From an uncultured bacterium (GTDB lineage: Bacteria > Desulfobacterota_D > UBA1144 > Nemesobacterales > UBA2774), in assembly GCA_902826595.1 (NCBI GenBank), contig CADEFK010000001.1, positions 11,148-75,147 on the forward strand: a stretch of DNA of 64,000 nt, written 5' to 3'. How positions within the stretch are numbered: position 1 is the first letter of the stretch; each line of letters begins with the position of its first letter. The translations under genes were made by a program, and so were the position numbers. Shown in pieces: positions 19,468-29,105 of the stretch. The notes under the pieces are model-generated. The model ran no database searches and was not told the origin of the DNA. It saw only the letters and a list, made by a program, of their open reading frames with translations.

Positions 19468-19499
19468 TTGGACAGGCTGTCTCAGGAGGTACTACGGGA

Positions 19500-20063
19500 T
19501 TGTCGGTTAAGAATATGAAATATTATGCGATGTTAATAGTGGTATCGAGCTTCATGGGAGCCGCCGGGGCGCATGCATTCCCCTGGAATTTCGATATGTG
19601 GCTTCAGCCCTCGATACAGCCCTATGAGGAGCCTATAGCCTACCCTGATCTCTCGGTCACGACGACGGGTCTGCGGATCGAGCCCCTCCCGAGAGAGCAG
19701 TACGAGAGCATGACTGCGAACCCCGTACCGGCCACGGCGGAATCGCTCAAGAACGGGGAGCATCTCTATAATACGTACTGCTTCGTGTGTCACGGCAAAG
19801 AGGGCAAGGGGGACGGGCCAGTAATTAAGAGGGGGTTCTACCCCATGAACCTGACGACTTCTGCTGTAGTGGCCAGGACCAACGGCTACATATACGCCTA
19901 TATAAGATACGGCGGCAAGGTGATGATGCCGAGCTACCGCGAGAGCATAACCTCCGATGGCGCGTGGGACGTCGTGAATTATGTCAGGAAACTCCAGGGA
20001 AATCCGAATACCGTACCGGTTAAACCCCAGAACGGGAATACAGCAGAGGAGACCGCTCAGTAA
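19500..20063 (+). CDS. actE: Alternative Complex III subunit ActE (monoheme cytochrome c)
   Basis: Signal peptide plus single CFVCHG heme motif. Start may instead be ATG at 19515. Confidence 0.75.
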   Translation: MSVKNMKYYAMLIVVSSFMGAAGAHAFPWNFDMWLQPSIQPYEEPIAYPDLSVTTTGLRIEPLPREQYESMTANPVPATAESLKNGEHLYNTYCFVCHGKEGKGDGPVIKRGFYPMNLTTSAVVARTNGYIYAYIRYGGKVMMPSYRESITSDGAWDVVNYVRKLQGNPNTVPVKPQNGNTAEETAQ

Positions 20064-20064
20064 T

Positions 20065-21309
20065 ATGGATCAGCATATAAGAGACGAAATACTCGCTAAA
20101 AGATCGAACATACCGATTCTGGGCATATACATTTTTCTTGTCATTGCCGTAGTCGGTTTCGGGACGTTCGTATCTCAGGTCATAGGGTCCGATCCCAGGG
20201 GCGCCTGGGAGGTATTCCTGATCAATTTCCTATTCTGGACCGGTATAGCCCAGGCGGGGGTTGTGTTTTCGTGCATACTCCGCATCACGAATGCGAGGTG
20301 GGCGAGGCCGCTTCTCCGCGTGAGCGAGGGTTTGGGCTCGTTTCTGCCAATATCCCTCATTCTGCTCCTCGTCGTATTCGCCGGGCGCGATTACCTGCTG
20401 CCGTATGCCACGGAACATTATCACCATCCGAAGGACGTATGGCTCAATATGAAGTTCGTTTTCGGCCGGGATGTCATCGGGTTCATCGTGCTTCTGATCG
20501 TGACTTCCTTTTATCTCTACTATTCCCTCAGGCAGGACCTGGGCGGCGTGAGCCAGAAGCTGAGCGGGATTGCAGGATGGATATCGTCGGGATGGACCGG
20601 AGAGGATGAGAGGAAGAGGGTGTGGGTCAAGATAGGCAAGTTCGCCCCTGCAGTAATAATTTTATACGCCCTTGTTTTCAGCTCTTTCGCCTGGGACTTC
20701 ATGATGTCGCTCGACCCCCATTGGCTCAGCACTCTGTTCGGCCCGTTTTACTTCATGGGGAGCTTCGTCGCGGCTATAGGGACTACTATAATTTTCTCGA
20801 TACTAATGAGGAGAAGGCTCGGTCTCGAGGATTATCTGAACGACAATCAATATCACGACATCGGGAAGCTCCTTCAGGGTTTTTCGCTCTTCTGGGTCTA
20901 CCTGTTCTTCTCGCAGTTTCTCCCGATATGGTACGCGAACATGCCGGAAGAAACAGCGTTCGTAATCAAGAGGCTGCAGGATGAGCCTTTCAGGTCACTG
21001 GCATGGGCTGTGCTGACCTGCTGCTTCATTTTCCCCTTCGTTTCGCTGCTCCCGAGGACGAACAAGGTGGTGAAGCCGATAGTCGTATTCATCGCTTCGG
21101 TATCCCTGACCGGGTTCTGGCTGGAAAAGTATGTTCTAATTATTCCGTCGCTGTCCAATACCGTAGGATTAAGCCTGATACAGATACTTATAACGCTGGG
21201 CTTCCTCGGCGCATTCGTAATGACTTTCCTGATATTTATGAGGGCGTTTCCGTCAATTCCCGTCGGTGACCCGTTTTTCGGCGGGAAATCCGGTTCCGGA
21301 GGACACTAA
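20065..21309 (+). CDS. actF: Alternative Complex III subunit ActF (second NrfD-like membrane subunit)
   Basis: Polytopic membrane protein paralogous in architecture to ActC. Start taken at MDQHIR immediately after actE stop. Track ORF from 19981 overlaps actE. Confidence 0.75.
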   Translation: MDQHIRDEILAKRSNIPILGIYIFLVIAVVGFGTFVSQVIGSDPRGAWEVFLINFLFWTGIAQAGVVFSCILRITNARWARPLLRVSEGLGSFLPISLILLLVVFAGRDYLLPYATEHYHHPKDVWLNMKFVFGRDVIGFIVLLIVTSFYLYYSLRQDLGGVSQKLSGIAGWISSGWTGEDERKRVWVKIGKFAPAVIILYALVFSSFAWDFMMSLDPHWLSTLFGPFYFMGSFVAAIGTTIIFSILMRRRLGLEDYLNDNQYHDIGKLLQGFSLFWVYLFFSQFLPIWYANMPEETAFVIKRLQDEPFRSLAWAVLTCCFIFPFVSLLPRTNKVVKPIVVFIASVSLTGFWLEKYVLIIPSLSNTVGLSLIQILITLGFLGAFVMTFLIFMRAFPSIPVGDPFFGGKSGSGGH

Positions 21310-21452
21310 TGGACGAAAGACGATTGGATATGATATGCCAGGTGGCCGTCGCGGCTCTGTGTCTTGGCGTTGCGGGGTTTATATCGCTCATAGCGACTGT
21401 GGCCCTGTTCGGACCCCGGATCGCGCCCCTGATGAACAAGCTCCCCTGGTAG
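21309..21452 (+). CDS. Small hydrophobic ORF (47 aa) overlapping actF stop; possible ActG-like accessory subunit
   Basis: MDERRLDMICQVAVAALCLGVAGFISLIATVALFGPRIAPLMNKLPW has a single TM helix. ATG overlaps actF TAA (TAATGG). Below the ORF-track length cutoff. Confidence 0.3.
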   Translation: MDERRLDMICQVAVAALCLGVAGFISLIATVALFGPRIAPLMNKLPW

Positions 21453-21617
21453 CGGGGGGGGAAGGCGCGGGCTCTCCCGTGCGGGTTTGGTTATCGGATA
21501 GCATCGTGTCCAGTCTGATTTATCCCGCCCTTTTTTCAGAAACAAACCATTTGACAGACCGCATTATAAGATGCAAAAATCATAAGTAGCAAATCCGAAT
21601 AACGTGAGGGGTGCAGC

Positions 21618-22469
21618 ATGGCCAAGAAACCGTCGGCCTCGGCAAAAACGAATAACGGGTCCAAACCCGCTAAAAAGAAAACCGGCCTTAAATTGACCAA
21701 TGTTCTATACGAAAAAAAGGACAGAGTAGCGCGCGTGACGATCAACCGCCCGGAGGTGCGTAACGCCCTCAATACCGAGGTGCGTGAGGAGCTTGCAATC
21801 GCCATCGAGGACGCGTGGCTCGATGATGAGATAGGGGTAATCGTCCTTACCGGCGCGGGCGGCAAGGCGTTTTCAGCCGGAGGGGACCTCTCCTGGATAG
21901 TCGATCCCAAGAAAAAGGTCGACGCGAAGTACATGCTCGTTCATTACAGGCTCGCGACCGCAATGAGGTGCTGCGGGAAGCCCATTATCGCGCGGGTCGA
22001 CGGCTACTGCGTCGGCGGCGGGAACGAGCTCAACATGCTCTGCGACCTGACGATAGCCTCCGATACGTCGATTTTCGCGCAGGCAGGGCCCCTCGTCGGC
22101 AGCGCGCCCATATGGTACGGCCTCCAGCAGCTCCAGCATTCGGTCGGGGACAAGAAGGCGAGGGAGATAGTTTACCTCTGCAACAGATACACGGCACAGG
22201 AAGCGATGAACATGGGGTGGGTCAATAAAGTAGTGCCCCAGGATAAGCTCGACGAGGAAGTGGACGCCTGGTGCCGGAGCCTTCTGGAGAAGAGCCGGCA
22301 GTCGCTCAGGATCGCGAAGCTGCAGATAAATTTCATATCCGACATGGCCCACCCGCAGATTACGCACGGGCTCGAGCTCGCGAGGTTTTTCATGAAAGCG
22401 CCTGAGATGGTCGAAGGAGCGACAGCGTTTCTGGAAAAGAGGAAGCCCGATTTCTGGGGTGTGGATTAA
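21618..22469 (+). CDS. Enoyl-CoA hydratase/isomerase (crotonase) superfamily protein, MenB-like (1,4-dihydroxy-2-naphthoyl-CoA synthase family)
   Basis: GGKAFSAGGDL oxyanion-hole block. ...CVGGGNELNMLCDLTIASDTSIFAQAGPLVGS...KKAREIVYLCNRYTAQEAMNMGWVNKVVP parallels MenB. Unusual Lys/Ala/Pro-rich N-terminal 30 aa. Confidence 0.7.
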   Translation: MAKKPSASAKTNNGSKPAKKKTGLKLTNVLYEKKDRVARVTINRPEVRNALNTEVREELAIAIEDAWLDDEIGVIVLTGAGGKAFSAGGDLSWIVDPKKKVDAKYMLVHYRLATAMRCCGKPIIARVDGYCVGGGNELNMLCDLTIASDTSIFAQAGPLVGSAPIWYGLQQLQHSVGDKKAREIVYLCNRYTAQEAMNMGWVNKVVPQDKLDEEVDAWCRSLLEKSRQSLRIAKLQINFISDMAHPQITHGLELARFFMKAPEMVEGATAFLEKRKPDFWGVD

Positions 22470-22489
22470 ATACCTGAAGGCTGGGGGAA

Positions 22490-22837
22490 TTGATGTCCAG
22501 AGAGGCGGAAATAAAGTTTCTGATAAAGCTCGACGATAAGGGCGCGCCAGAGGAGATTTACTGGAGCGCGAGCGATTCCGGCCTCGACGGCTACGTGCCC
22601 TGTGATTCGCTCATGATATCGGTGTGGGACCGGTCCGAGAAGAATACGATGAGCGTCGATCTCTGGACGAACGAAATGCAGGTGGGCGAGATGAACGCGC
22701 ACTATTATTTCACGCTGATGAAGATGGCCGATACCTACTCTAGGGCTACGAGCAACCAGGAGCTCTCGGAGATGATACGCAAATTCGCGGGCGAGTTCGC
22801 CAAGAAAGTCGAGGACTTCGCCGTGAAGCCCGGCTGA
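22490..22837 (+). CDS. Conserved hypothetical cytoplasmic protein (115 aa)
   Basis: ORF 20 nt after the crotonase gene. No motif I can assign with confidence. Confidence 0.4.
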   Translation: MMSREAEIKFLIKLDDKGAPEEIYWSASDSGLDGYVPCDSLMISVWDRSEKNTMSVDLWTNEMQVGEMNAHYYFTLMKMADTYSRATSNQELSEMIRKFAGEFAKKVEDFAVKPG

Positions 22838-22851
22838 GATCCGGCTTTTTC

Positions 22852-23781
22852 TCAAAAAGCCGATAACACCTCGCGCGCGAAGAATTTGAGTGTCGCGTGG
22901 TTCATTATGTCCGAGAAAAAAACGGTATATTTCGTAATCCCTTTCTTCTCGTTTTCTTCTATTTTTCTTATGCACTGCTCGGGCGTACCCACTATGCCCA
23001 GTTTTTCCACGTCCCCGAAAAACCCGTATCTCATCTGAGCCTTGGGGAGCTTTTCGGCAAGCTCTGCCTTGTCTTTAGCTAGAACGCAGACCGTCTGCTG
23101 GGATATCTTGATATCGCGTGGGTTCCTGCCGACCTCTCTGCAGTGGCCCACGAGAGCCTCCATCTTGGTATCGAATGACAGGGAGTGGTTGGCCGGGCAG
23201 TTCCATTCGTCCGCAAGCTCCGCCACGGCTCTCAGGAGATGCTTTTCTCCGGCTCCTCCTATGATGACCGGAGGGTGGGGCTTCTGTACGGGTTTAGGGT
23301 TACAGTAGGCGTCTTTAATGCTGTAGTACTTACCGTCGATGCTTGGCTTGTCCTCAGTCCATAGGGCTCTTATGATTTTTACGGATTCTGAGAGTTGTTT
23401 TATTCTTGTTACGGCGTCCGGGAAATCGTATCCGTAGGCCCTGTATTCGGACTCGGACCAGCCGGCGCCTATCGCGAACTCGAGCCTGCCCCCGCTGATC
23501 ACGTCGAGTGTGGCCGCCATTTTTGCGAGCAGGGAGGGCGGCCTGAACGAATTGCAGAGCACCATCGTGCCGAGCCTCACGTTCGAAGTAGCGGTTGAGA
23601 GGGCGGACATTAGAGTCCACGATTCGAAGATGTCGAGGTCGAGGCCCCCCATGCCGAGTATGTGGTCGTAAAACCAGACGGAGTGGTATCCGAGCTCGTC
23701 GCACAGCTCCGCCGTTTTCCTTATATCCGCGAATTCGATCTTCTGCTGGCGCAGCATTACGCCGAACTCTATTCTGGGCAT
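22852..23781 (-). CDS. Luciferase-like monooxygenase (LLM-class flavin/F420-dependent oxidoreductase)
   Basis: TIM-barrel LLM motifs (GYHSVWFYDH..., LGTMVLCNSFRPP, EFAIGAGW). Start chosen at MPRIEFGV (23781). Track ORF extends to 23862. Confidence 0.75.
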   Translation of the reverse strand: MPRIEFGVMLRQQKIEFADIRKTAELCDELGYHSVWFYDHILGMGGLDLDIFESWTLMSALSTATSNVRLGTMVLCNSFRPPSLLAKMAATLDVISGGRLEFAIGAGWSESEYRAYGYDFPDAVTRIKQLSESVKIIRALWTEDKPSIDGKYYSIKDAYCNPKPVQKPHPPVIIGGAGEKHLLRAVAELADEWNCPANHSLSFDTKMEALVGHCREVGRNPRDIKISQQTVCVLAKDKAELAEKLPKAQMRYGFFGDVEKLGIVGTPEQCIRKIEENEKKGITKYTVFFSDIMNHATLKFFAREVLSAF

Positions 23782-23938
23782 TATTATTCCCCCCGCGTTT
23801 TGGAAAATTTCCGGAAGAATCACTTTAACAGAACGCCGCCGGGGATTCAAATATTTCTTCACGCGTATTTCCCGGGTTTGACACGGTGTTTGAAATGCTA
23901 TAATTTTAGTTGCCGAAAAAGCAGGAGGACCATCATAT

Positions 23939-24613
23939 ATGAAAACAGGATTCTTAAATTTATTATCTGCCAGGAAATTCGTTCAGTCCAACCCGGCGGC
24001 GGTTCTGTTTTTGGCCGTTCTGCTGATTCCGTCGCTGATTCTTATGGCGGGGTGCAAGCAGGCGGGTTCGGAGCAGGGACAGACTGAAACGAAAAAAAGC
24101 GAAGCGGAAGGAGGCAATCCCATGGTTATAATGTCGACCTCGAAAGGGGATATCAAGATCGAGCTTTTTAAAGACAAGGCTCCGATAACAGTCGAGAACT
24201 TTCTCTCATACGCTAATGACGGTTTCTACGACGGGACCATCTTTCATCGTGTTATACCGAATTTCATGATTCAGTGCGGAGGGTTCACGCCCGACTTCAA
24301 TCAGAAGGCCGTGAAATCCCCGATCAAGAACGAGGCCAAGAACGGGCTCAAGAACGAAAGGGGCACGCTCGCGATGGCGAGGACTCAGGTCGTGGACAGC
24401 GCCACGTCTCAGTTCTTTATCAACCTCGTCGACAACAGCTTCCTCGATAACGGAGTGAGGGATTACGGGTACGCCGTATTCGGCAAGGTGATCGACGGCA
24501 TGGACGTGGTGGATAAGATCGCCGCGGTCGAGACCGGCAACAACGGCATGTACGGGGACGTCCCCAAGGAAGTCATAGTCGTTAATTCCGTCAAAGTCGT
24601 GGAAGAAAAGTAG
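23939..24613 (+). CDS. ppi: Peptidyl-prolyl cis-trans isomerase, cyclophilin type (lipoprotein)
   Basis: Lipobox LMAGC. Cyclophilin core [15 protein letters not shown]...GTLAMAR. Confidence 0.85.
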   Translation: MKTGFLNLLSARKFVQSNPAAVLFLAVLLIPSLILMAGCKQAGSEQGQTETKKSEAEGGNPMVIMSTSKGDIKIELFKDKAPITVENFLSYANDGFYDGTIFHRVIPNFMIQCGGFTPDFNQKAVKSPIKNEAKNGLKNERGTLAMARTQVVDSATSQFFINLVDNSFLDNGVRDYGYAVFGKVIDGMDVVDKIAAVETGNNGMYGDVPKEVIVVNSVKVVEEK

Positions 24614-24632
24614 AAAAAAGCTTCACAGGGAT

Positions 24633-25244
24633 TTACTTTACTTCGGTCACGAGCACTCCCCTGAAGCTCTTTCTGTGGATGGGGCAGGGGCCGTGCTTCC
24701 TTATAGCTTCCAGGTGCTCTGGCGTGGGGTACCCCTTATGCGACCTGAAATTGTATTCAGGGTAGATCTCGTGGTATTTGTCCATAATCTCGTCCCTTCT
24801 GACCTTTGCCACAATCGAAGCCGCCGCGATGGAGCAGCACTTGGAGTCCCCTTTGATTACAGTTTTCTGAGGGATGTGGAGCGACGTCCTCTGGTTGCCG
24901 TCGATGAGGAGGAAGTCGGGCTTCCTTACGAGATTGCCGACCGCGATCTCCATTGCCCGGAGGGAGGCCTTCAGTATGTTTAGGCTGTCGATAGCCTCGT
25001 GGTCCACTACGCCGACCGCAAGATCCACCGCATGGATTATTATCATCTCCAGGATGCGCACCCTTTGCGGGTGCGTTAATTTCTTCGAATCGTCGAGACC
25101 GTCGATCGCAAAGGTTTCCGGAAGGATCACGGCCGCCGCAACGACGGGTCCGGCGAGCGGCCCTCTCCCGGCCTCATCGACCCCGGCGGGTATTCTCCCC
25201 TCGGCCCAAATTCGTTTTTCCATCTCGTGATCCGGGGGGCTCAT
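24633..25244 (-). CDS. rnhB: Ribonuclease HII
   Basis: AGVDEAGRGPLAGPVVAAAVIL catalytic block and conserved downstream motifs. Confidence 0.85.
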   Translation of the reverse strand: MSPPDHEMEKRIWAEGRIPAGVDEAGRGPLAGPVVAAAVILPETFAIDGLDDSKKLTHPQRVRILEMIIIHAVDLAVGVVDHEAIDSLNILKASLRAMEIAVGNLVRKPDFLLIDGNQRTSLHIPQKTVIKGDSKCCSIAAASIVAKVRRDEIMDKYHEIYPEYNFRSHKGYPTPEHLEAIRKHGPCPIHRKSFRGVLVTEVK

Positions 25245-25328
25245 ATCCTCCTTGGTTTGACCCCGATCCCCGTTGTTTAGGTTATGTCGGCGATACTTGA
25301 TATTCTCACTGTCTGAGAAATGATTTTT

Positions 25329-26207
25329 TCAATTAATGATCCCGTAATCCGTGAGCGCTTTCTTGAGCTCAAGGTAATTATTTCCCGACATTTGGCAGAG
25401 CGGGTACCTGTATTCGTAGGCGATTTTATCCATCATGCTGAGCGCGGCCTTGACCGGGATAGGGTTCGTTTCGATAAAGAGCGCGTCGTTTAGCGGCAGG
25501 AGCCTGTAATGCAGGTCTCTTGCCTTGTCGATCTCTCCCTTGATATAGTGCTCGTAGAGGTCCGCCACGTCTCTCGGGGCGACGTTTGCTGTTACCGTAA
25601 TGAAACCCCGCGCGCCTATTGCGAGCAGCGGAAAGTTGAGTGCGTCCTCTCCCGAGTAGAGTAAAAAGTCTCTTCCGCACAGATAAAGTATCTTGCTTGC
25701 CTGCATGAGCGAACCCGAGGCCTCCTTCACCCCGATTATATTCTTACAATCCTGCGCGAGTCTCAGGATCGTCTCGGGGTTCATATTGACGCCCGAGCGT
25801 CCCGGTATGTTGTAGAGAATGAGCGGGATGCGGACCTGTGTGGCTATCTGCTTGAAGTGGAGATAAAGCCCTTCCTGCGTAGGCTTGTTGTAATAAGGTA
25901 CCACGAGCAGGGCCGCGTCCGCCCCTATCTGCTCCGCGAAGCGAGTCAGCCTGATCGCTTCTTTCGTGCTGTTCGATCCCGTCCCGGCTATAACAGGCAC
26001 GCGTTTCCTGACTGCCTTGACCGTGAGCTCTATGACGCATTCGTGCTCTTCGTGCGAAAGGGTCGGGGATTCACCCGTCGTACCGCAGGGCACGATACCG
26101 TGCGTGCCGTTCTCGATTTGAAATTCGATGAGCTTTTTGAACGCGTCTTCGTCGATCTTGCCGTTTTTAAACGGTGTAACAATTGCGACTAGTGAGCCGT
26201 GAATCAT
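25329..26207 (-). CDS. dapA: 4-hydroxy-tetrahydrodipicolinate synthase
   Basis: MIHGSLVAIVTPF...GTTGESPTLSHEEH. Active-site Lys region. Start at 26207 preceded by AAGGAGG. Track start 26234. Confidence 0.9.
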   Translation of the reverse strand: MIHGSLVAIVTPFKNGKIDEDAFKKLIEFQIENGTHGIVPCGTTGESPTLSHEEHECVIELTVKAVRKRVPVIAGTGSNSTKEAIRLTRFAEQIGADAALLVVPYYNKPTQEGLYLHFKQIATQVRIPLILYNIPGRSGVNMNPETILRLAQDCKNIIGVKEASGSLMQASKILYLCGRDFLLYSGEDALNFPLLAIGARGFITVTANVAPRDVADLYEHYIKGEIDKARDLHYRLLPLNDALFIETNPIPVKAALSMMDKIAYEYRYPLCQMSGNNYLELKKALTDYGIIN

Positions 26208-26330
26208 TGAAAAGCCTCCTTCTGCTGGCTGCATTTCATTATATTGTAGCTGCGGTGTAAATCAAGGAATCGGCCTCTTGGACTGATCGGGTACTTTGGG
26301 AACCGGGCTTTATCCGGTGTTCGGCTGTTG

Positions 26331-26879
26331 TTAAGTATAGTGTAGTTTCGCTCCGCATTCCGAACAATAATGGCTTCCGCCGAGGATACGGCCACCGCAT
26401 GCGCTGCAGTGAATGTATCCGCCTTCCGGTGAATCCCCGAGCATAACTCTCGCGTTCCCGATCGCTTCGTTTATTAATTCTTCGAGGCCCGCGCAGTGGG
26501 GTGAAGCTTGTTTCGGGAATTCTATAATATCTTCATGGCCGGGAGAGGTGATAGTGATTCTGAGCTTTGAATAATCAAGCTCGTAAAATATCTGCGAAAT
26601 GCCTGACAACGGTATGTCCCTGAACCTCTTGAACTCCGACGAGTTCCTGGCGATTATTATCCTGTGGTTCGTTAGAATGAACCAGGTATGAAAGTACGTA
26701 TTGCTGTCGATGAATTTGGGAGCCTTATATATAACCCTCCAGTTTAGGAGAGTAACGAGTATGCTCTCTTCTTCCTTTATGTACTTCTCGACGCCTTTTC
26801 TTATCCCTTGAGGGAGCTCGGAACATTTTTTCGCATCTAACATCCCCATGATGTTTTTCACTGCGCTGACGATCGCCAT
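26331..26879 (-). CDS. Uncharacterised protein with bacterial PH-like domain and C-terminal double-CxxC zinc ribbon
   Basis: Start ATG overlaps asd stop (TGATG). C-terminus ...HCSACGGRILGGSHYCSECGAKL. Track ORF extends upstream to 27017, antisense into asd. Confidence 0.45.
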   Translation of the reverse strand: MAIVSAVKNIMGMLDAKKCSELPQGIRKGVEKYIKEEESILVTLLNWRVIYKAPKFIDSNTYFHTWFILTNHRIIIARNSSEFKRFRDIPLSGISQIFYELDYSKLRITITSPGHEDIIEFPKQASPHCAGLEELINEAIGNARVMLGDSPEGGYIHCSACGGRILGGSHYCSECGAKLHYT

Positions 26880-27901
26880 CAAATGTAGTCCCGTATAAGA
26901 AGCTCCGCAATCTGTATCGCGTTTAATGCCGCCCCCTTTCTGAGCTGGTCTCCCACGACCCAGAAACTGAGCCCCGCCGGTACAGTATAATCCTCCCTTA
27001 TCCTCCCCACAAGACATTCGTCCCTGCCGGCGGCATCGATCGGCATCGGGTATTTGAGGTTCTGCGGCTCGTCGACCACCTTGACCCCCGGGAACTTACG
27101 GAGCGCCTCTCTCGCTTCCCCGACCGTTATCCTCTTCTCCGTCTCGATGTTGACGGAAACCGAGTGCGCCCTGAATACGGGCACCCTGACGGTCGTAGCG
27201 GTTACGGCTATTGTGTCGTCCTCGAGGATCTTACGGGTCTCGTTATGGAGCTTCATCTCCTCCTTCGTATACCCGTTCTCGAGGAAGCTGTCGATGTGCG
27301 GGAGGAGGTTGAACGCGATCTGGTGCGGGAACGTCCGGGCTGTAATTTCCCGGGAATCGGCCCATGCCAGCGTCTGGCTGCGGAGCTCTTCTATGGCCTG
27401 GGCCCCTGCGCCCGAGACGGCCTGGTAGCTCGACGCGACGACCCTCTTTATTCTGCCCAGGTCGTGAAGGGGCTTGAGCGCCATGATTGTAACCGCTGTT
27501 GTGCAGTTGGGGTTCGCAATAATGCCTCTTTTCTTGTATCCGGCGACCGCGCGGGGATTTATTTCCGGCACTACGAGCGGTATGTCTGCTTCCATGCGGA
27601 ACGCGGAGCTGTTGTCGATGACGACTGCCCCAGCGTCCACGGCGGCAGGGGCGAATTCCTTGCTCCTCGACCCTCCTGCGGAAAAGAGCGCTATATCAAT
27701 GCCGCCGAATGAGTTCTCGTCGAGCTTTTTTATTTTTACGGCGCCGCCGTTGTATTCGATTTCCTTCCCCTCCGACCTCTCGGACGCAAGGAGCCTTAGC
27801 TCCCCGACGGGGAAATTCCTTTCCTTCAGAATGCTCATCATTTCCTGTCCTACTGCTCCCGTCGCTCCTACAATTGCGACATTGTAACCGCCACTCTTCA
27901 T
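26879..27901 (-). CDS. asd: Aspartate-semialdehyde dehydrogenase
   Basis: NVAIVGATGAVGQ Rossmann motif. Catalytic Cys/His regions. Start MKSGGYN preceded by GGAGGAAG. Track start 27949. Confidence 0.9.
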   Translation of the reverse strand: MKSGGYNVAIVGATGAVGQEMMSILKERNFPVGELRLLASERSEGKEIEYNGGAVKIKKLDENSFGGIDIALFSAGGSRSKEFAPAAVDAGAVVIDNSSAFRMEADIPLVVPEINPRAVAGYKKRGIIANPNCTTAVTIMALKPLHDLGRIKRVVASSYQAVSGAGAQAIEELRSQTLAWADSREITARTFPHQIAFNLLPHIDSFLENGYTKEEMKLHNETRKILEDDTIAVTATTVRVPVFRAHSVSVNIETEKRITVGEAREALRKFPGVKVVDEPQNLKYPMPIDAAGRDECLVGRIREDYTVPAGLSFWVVGDQLRKGAALNAIQIAELLIRDYI

Positions 27902-27915
27902 TTCTTCCTCCGGAT

Positions 27916-28383
27916 TTAATCGCGTAATACCGGTGCAGGCCGCCGGCAATATTTTTTTTCGATCCCGCTTACTTTATCGATGTTATTTCTTTCATTCTCA
28001 TCGGGGCCCGAGGAGAACCAGGCATCCAGTATCTCTCCGGCAACGACCGTGGAAGTGGCCCTCAAGCTCATGGCGAGAACGTTGGCGTCGTTCCATTTCC
28101 TTGCCCCTTCCGCTGTCCTTGCGTCCGTGCAGAGGGCGGCTCTTATTCCGGGCACTTTGTTTGCAGCGATACTGACCCCGGTCCCTGTCCAGCAGAGGAG
28201 TATACCCTGATCGCAGGCCCCCTCCCTGACCCTTTCCGATACACTCTGGGCTACATCCGCCCACCCGAGCTTCTCGCCTTTGAGCGGCCCGTGGAGCTCG
28301 ACTTCGACACCCTTTTTCCTGAGCTCCTCTATTACAAAGTCAGTCAGATATGTTTTCTCGTCGCTGCCGACCGCTATCTTCAT
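27916..28383 (-). CDS. rpiB: Ribose-5-phosphate isomerase B (RpiB/LacAB family)
   Basis: MKIAVGSDEKTY...; RpiB fold length (155 aa) and motifs. Confidence 0.85.
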   Translation of the reverse strand: MKIAVGSDEKTYLTDFVIEELRKKGVEVELHGPLKGEKLGWADVAQSVSERVREGACDQGILLCWTGTGVSIAANKVPGIRAALCTDARTAEGARKWNDANVLAMSLRATSTVVAGEILDAWFSSGPDENERNNIDKVSGIEKKYCRRPAPVLRD

Positions 28384-28584
28384 GAAATTGGCCTTATGTC
28401 ACTCATTCTCAAGTATTTTAAATGCGTTGCATCAAGTCTTCAAGCTCCGGAGGAAGAACTCCTTGCCTGCCGCAAATAAAATCCTGTCCTGCGGGCCCAT
28501 TCCGAGCATTAATTGTACCGGTATTCTGCACGGACACGGTGCACTTCCTTGCGGTTTCTTCGGGGCAACGGCAATAACGGCGTC

Positions 28585-28971
28585 CTACTTCATTATTGCG
28601 AACAGGTATCTCGTGGCCGTATATCCCAGAACCAGCATGGCGATGCCTATTATATTGCTCCCGAGGACATTCAGCAGCACGTACCCGAGTTCATTTTCTC
28701 TCAGCAGATTAAATGTCTCGAGTCCGTACGCAGAGAACGTCGTATAGGCGCCCAGTACCCCAATGAACAGGAACGACCTGAAATGATGGGGAAGAGAAAG
28801 GTTCTCGACCATCTGCCAGAGGACTCCGATCACCAGGCATCCGGAAATGTTCACGACGAAGGTCCCCCAGGGGAATGTCCCGTCGACGCGGTAATAAATG
28901 TAGCTCGTTACCGTAAATCTGAGCAGCGCTCCGACCGCTCCCCCTATCGCGATTAATATTAAAGTAGTCAT
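28585..28971 (-). CDS. crcB: Fluoride ion channel CrcB/Fluc
   Basis: 128 aa, 4 TM helices, conserved GGAVGALLRF and GAYTTFSA motifs. Confidence 0.85.
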   Translation of the reverse strand: MTTLILIAIGGAVGALLRFTVTSYIYYRVDGTFPWGTFVVNISGCLVIGVLWQMVENLSLPHHFRSFLFIGVLGAYTTFSAYGLETFNLLRENELGYVLLNVLGSNIIGIAMLVLGYTATRYLFAIMK

Positions 28972-29105
28972 GGTTACTGCGGACTATTATATCTGTTTAA
29001 GTAGTTTACGGGCATGATAGAATATTATGCGACATTTCTACATTATGGAATTTGTCGTTTACTGGAAGTAAATTTAACGGAATGAATCGGCGGTGTGATT
29101 AGAAG

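Noticed and set aside
28972-29105. Looked for a fluoride (crcB-motif) riboswitch upstream of crcB
   Set aside because: The 134-nt minus-strand leader is AT-rich. Neither the GGCGAUGG...GUUCGCC or AAAC.GCC blocks nor the CUGAUGAUGCCUAC tail of the crcB motif could be found by eye. It could still be present in divergent form. A covariance-model scan would settle it.
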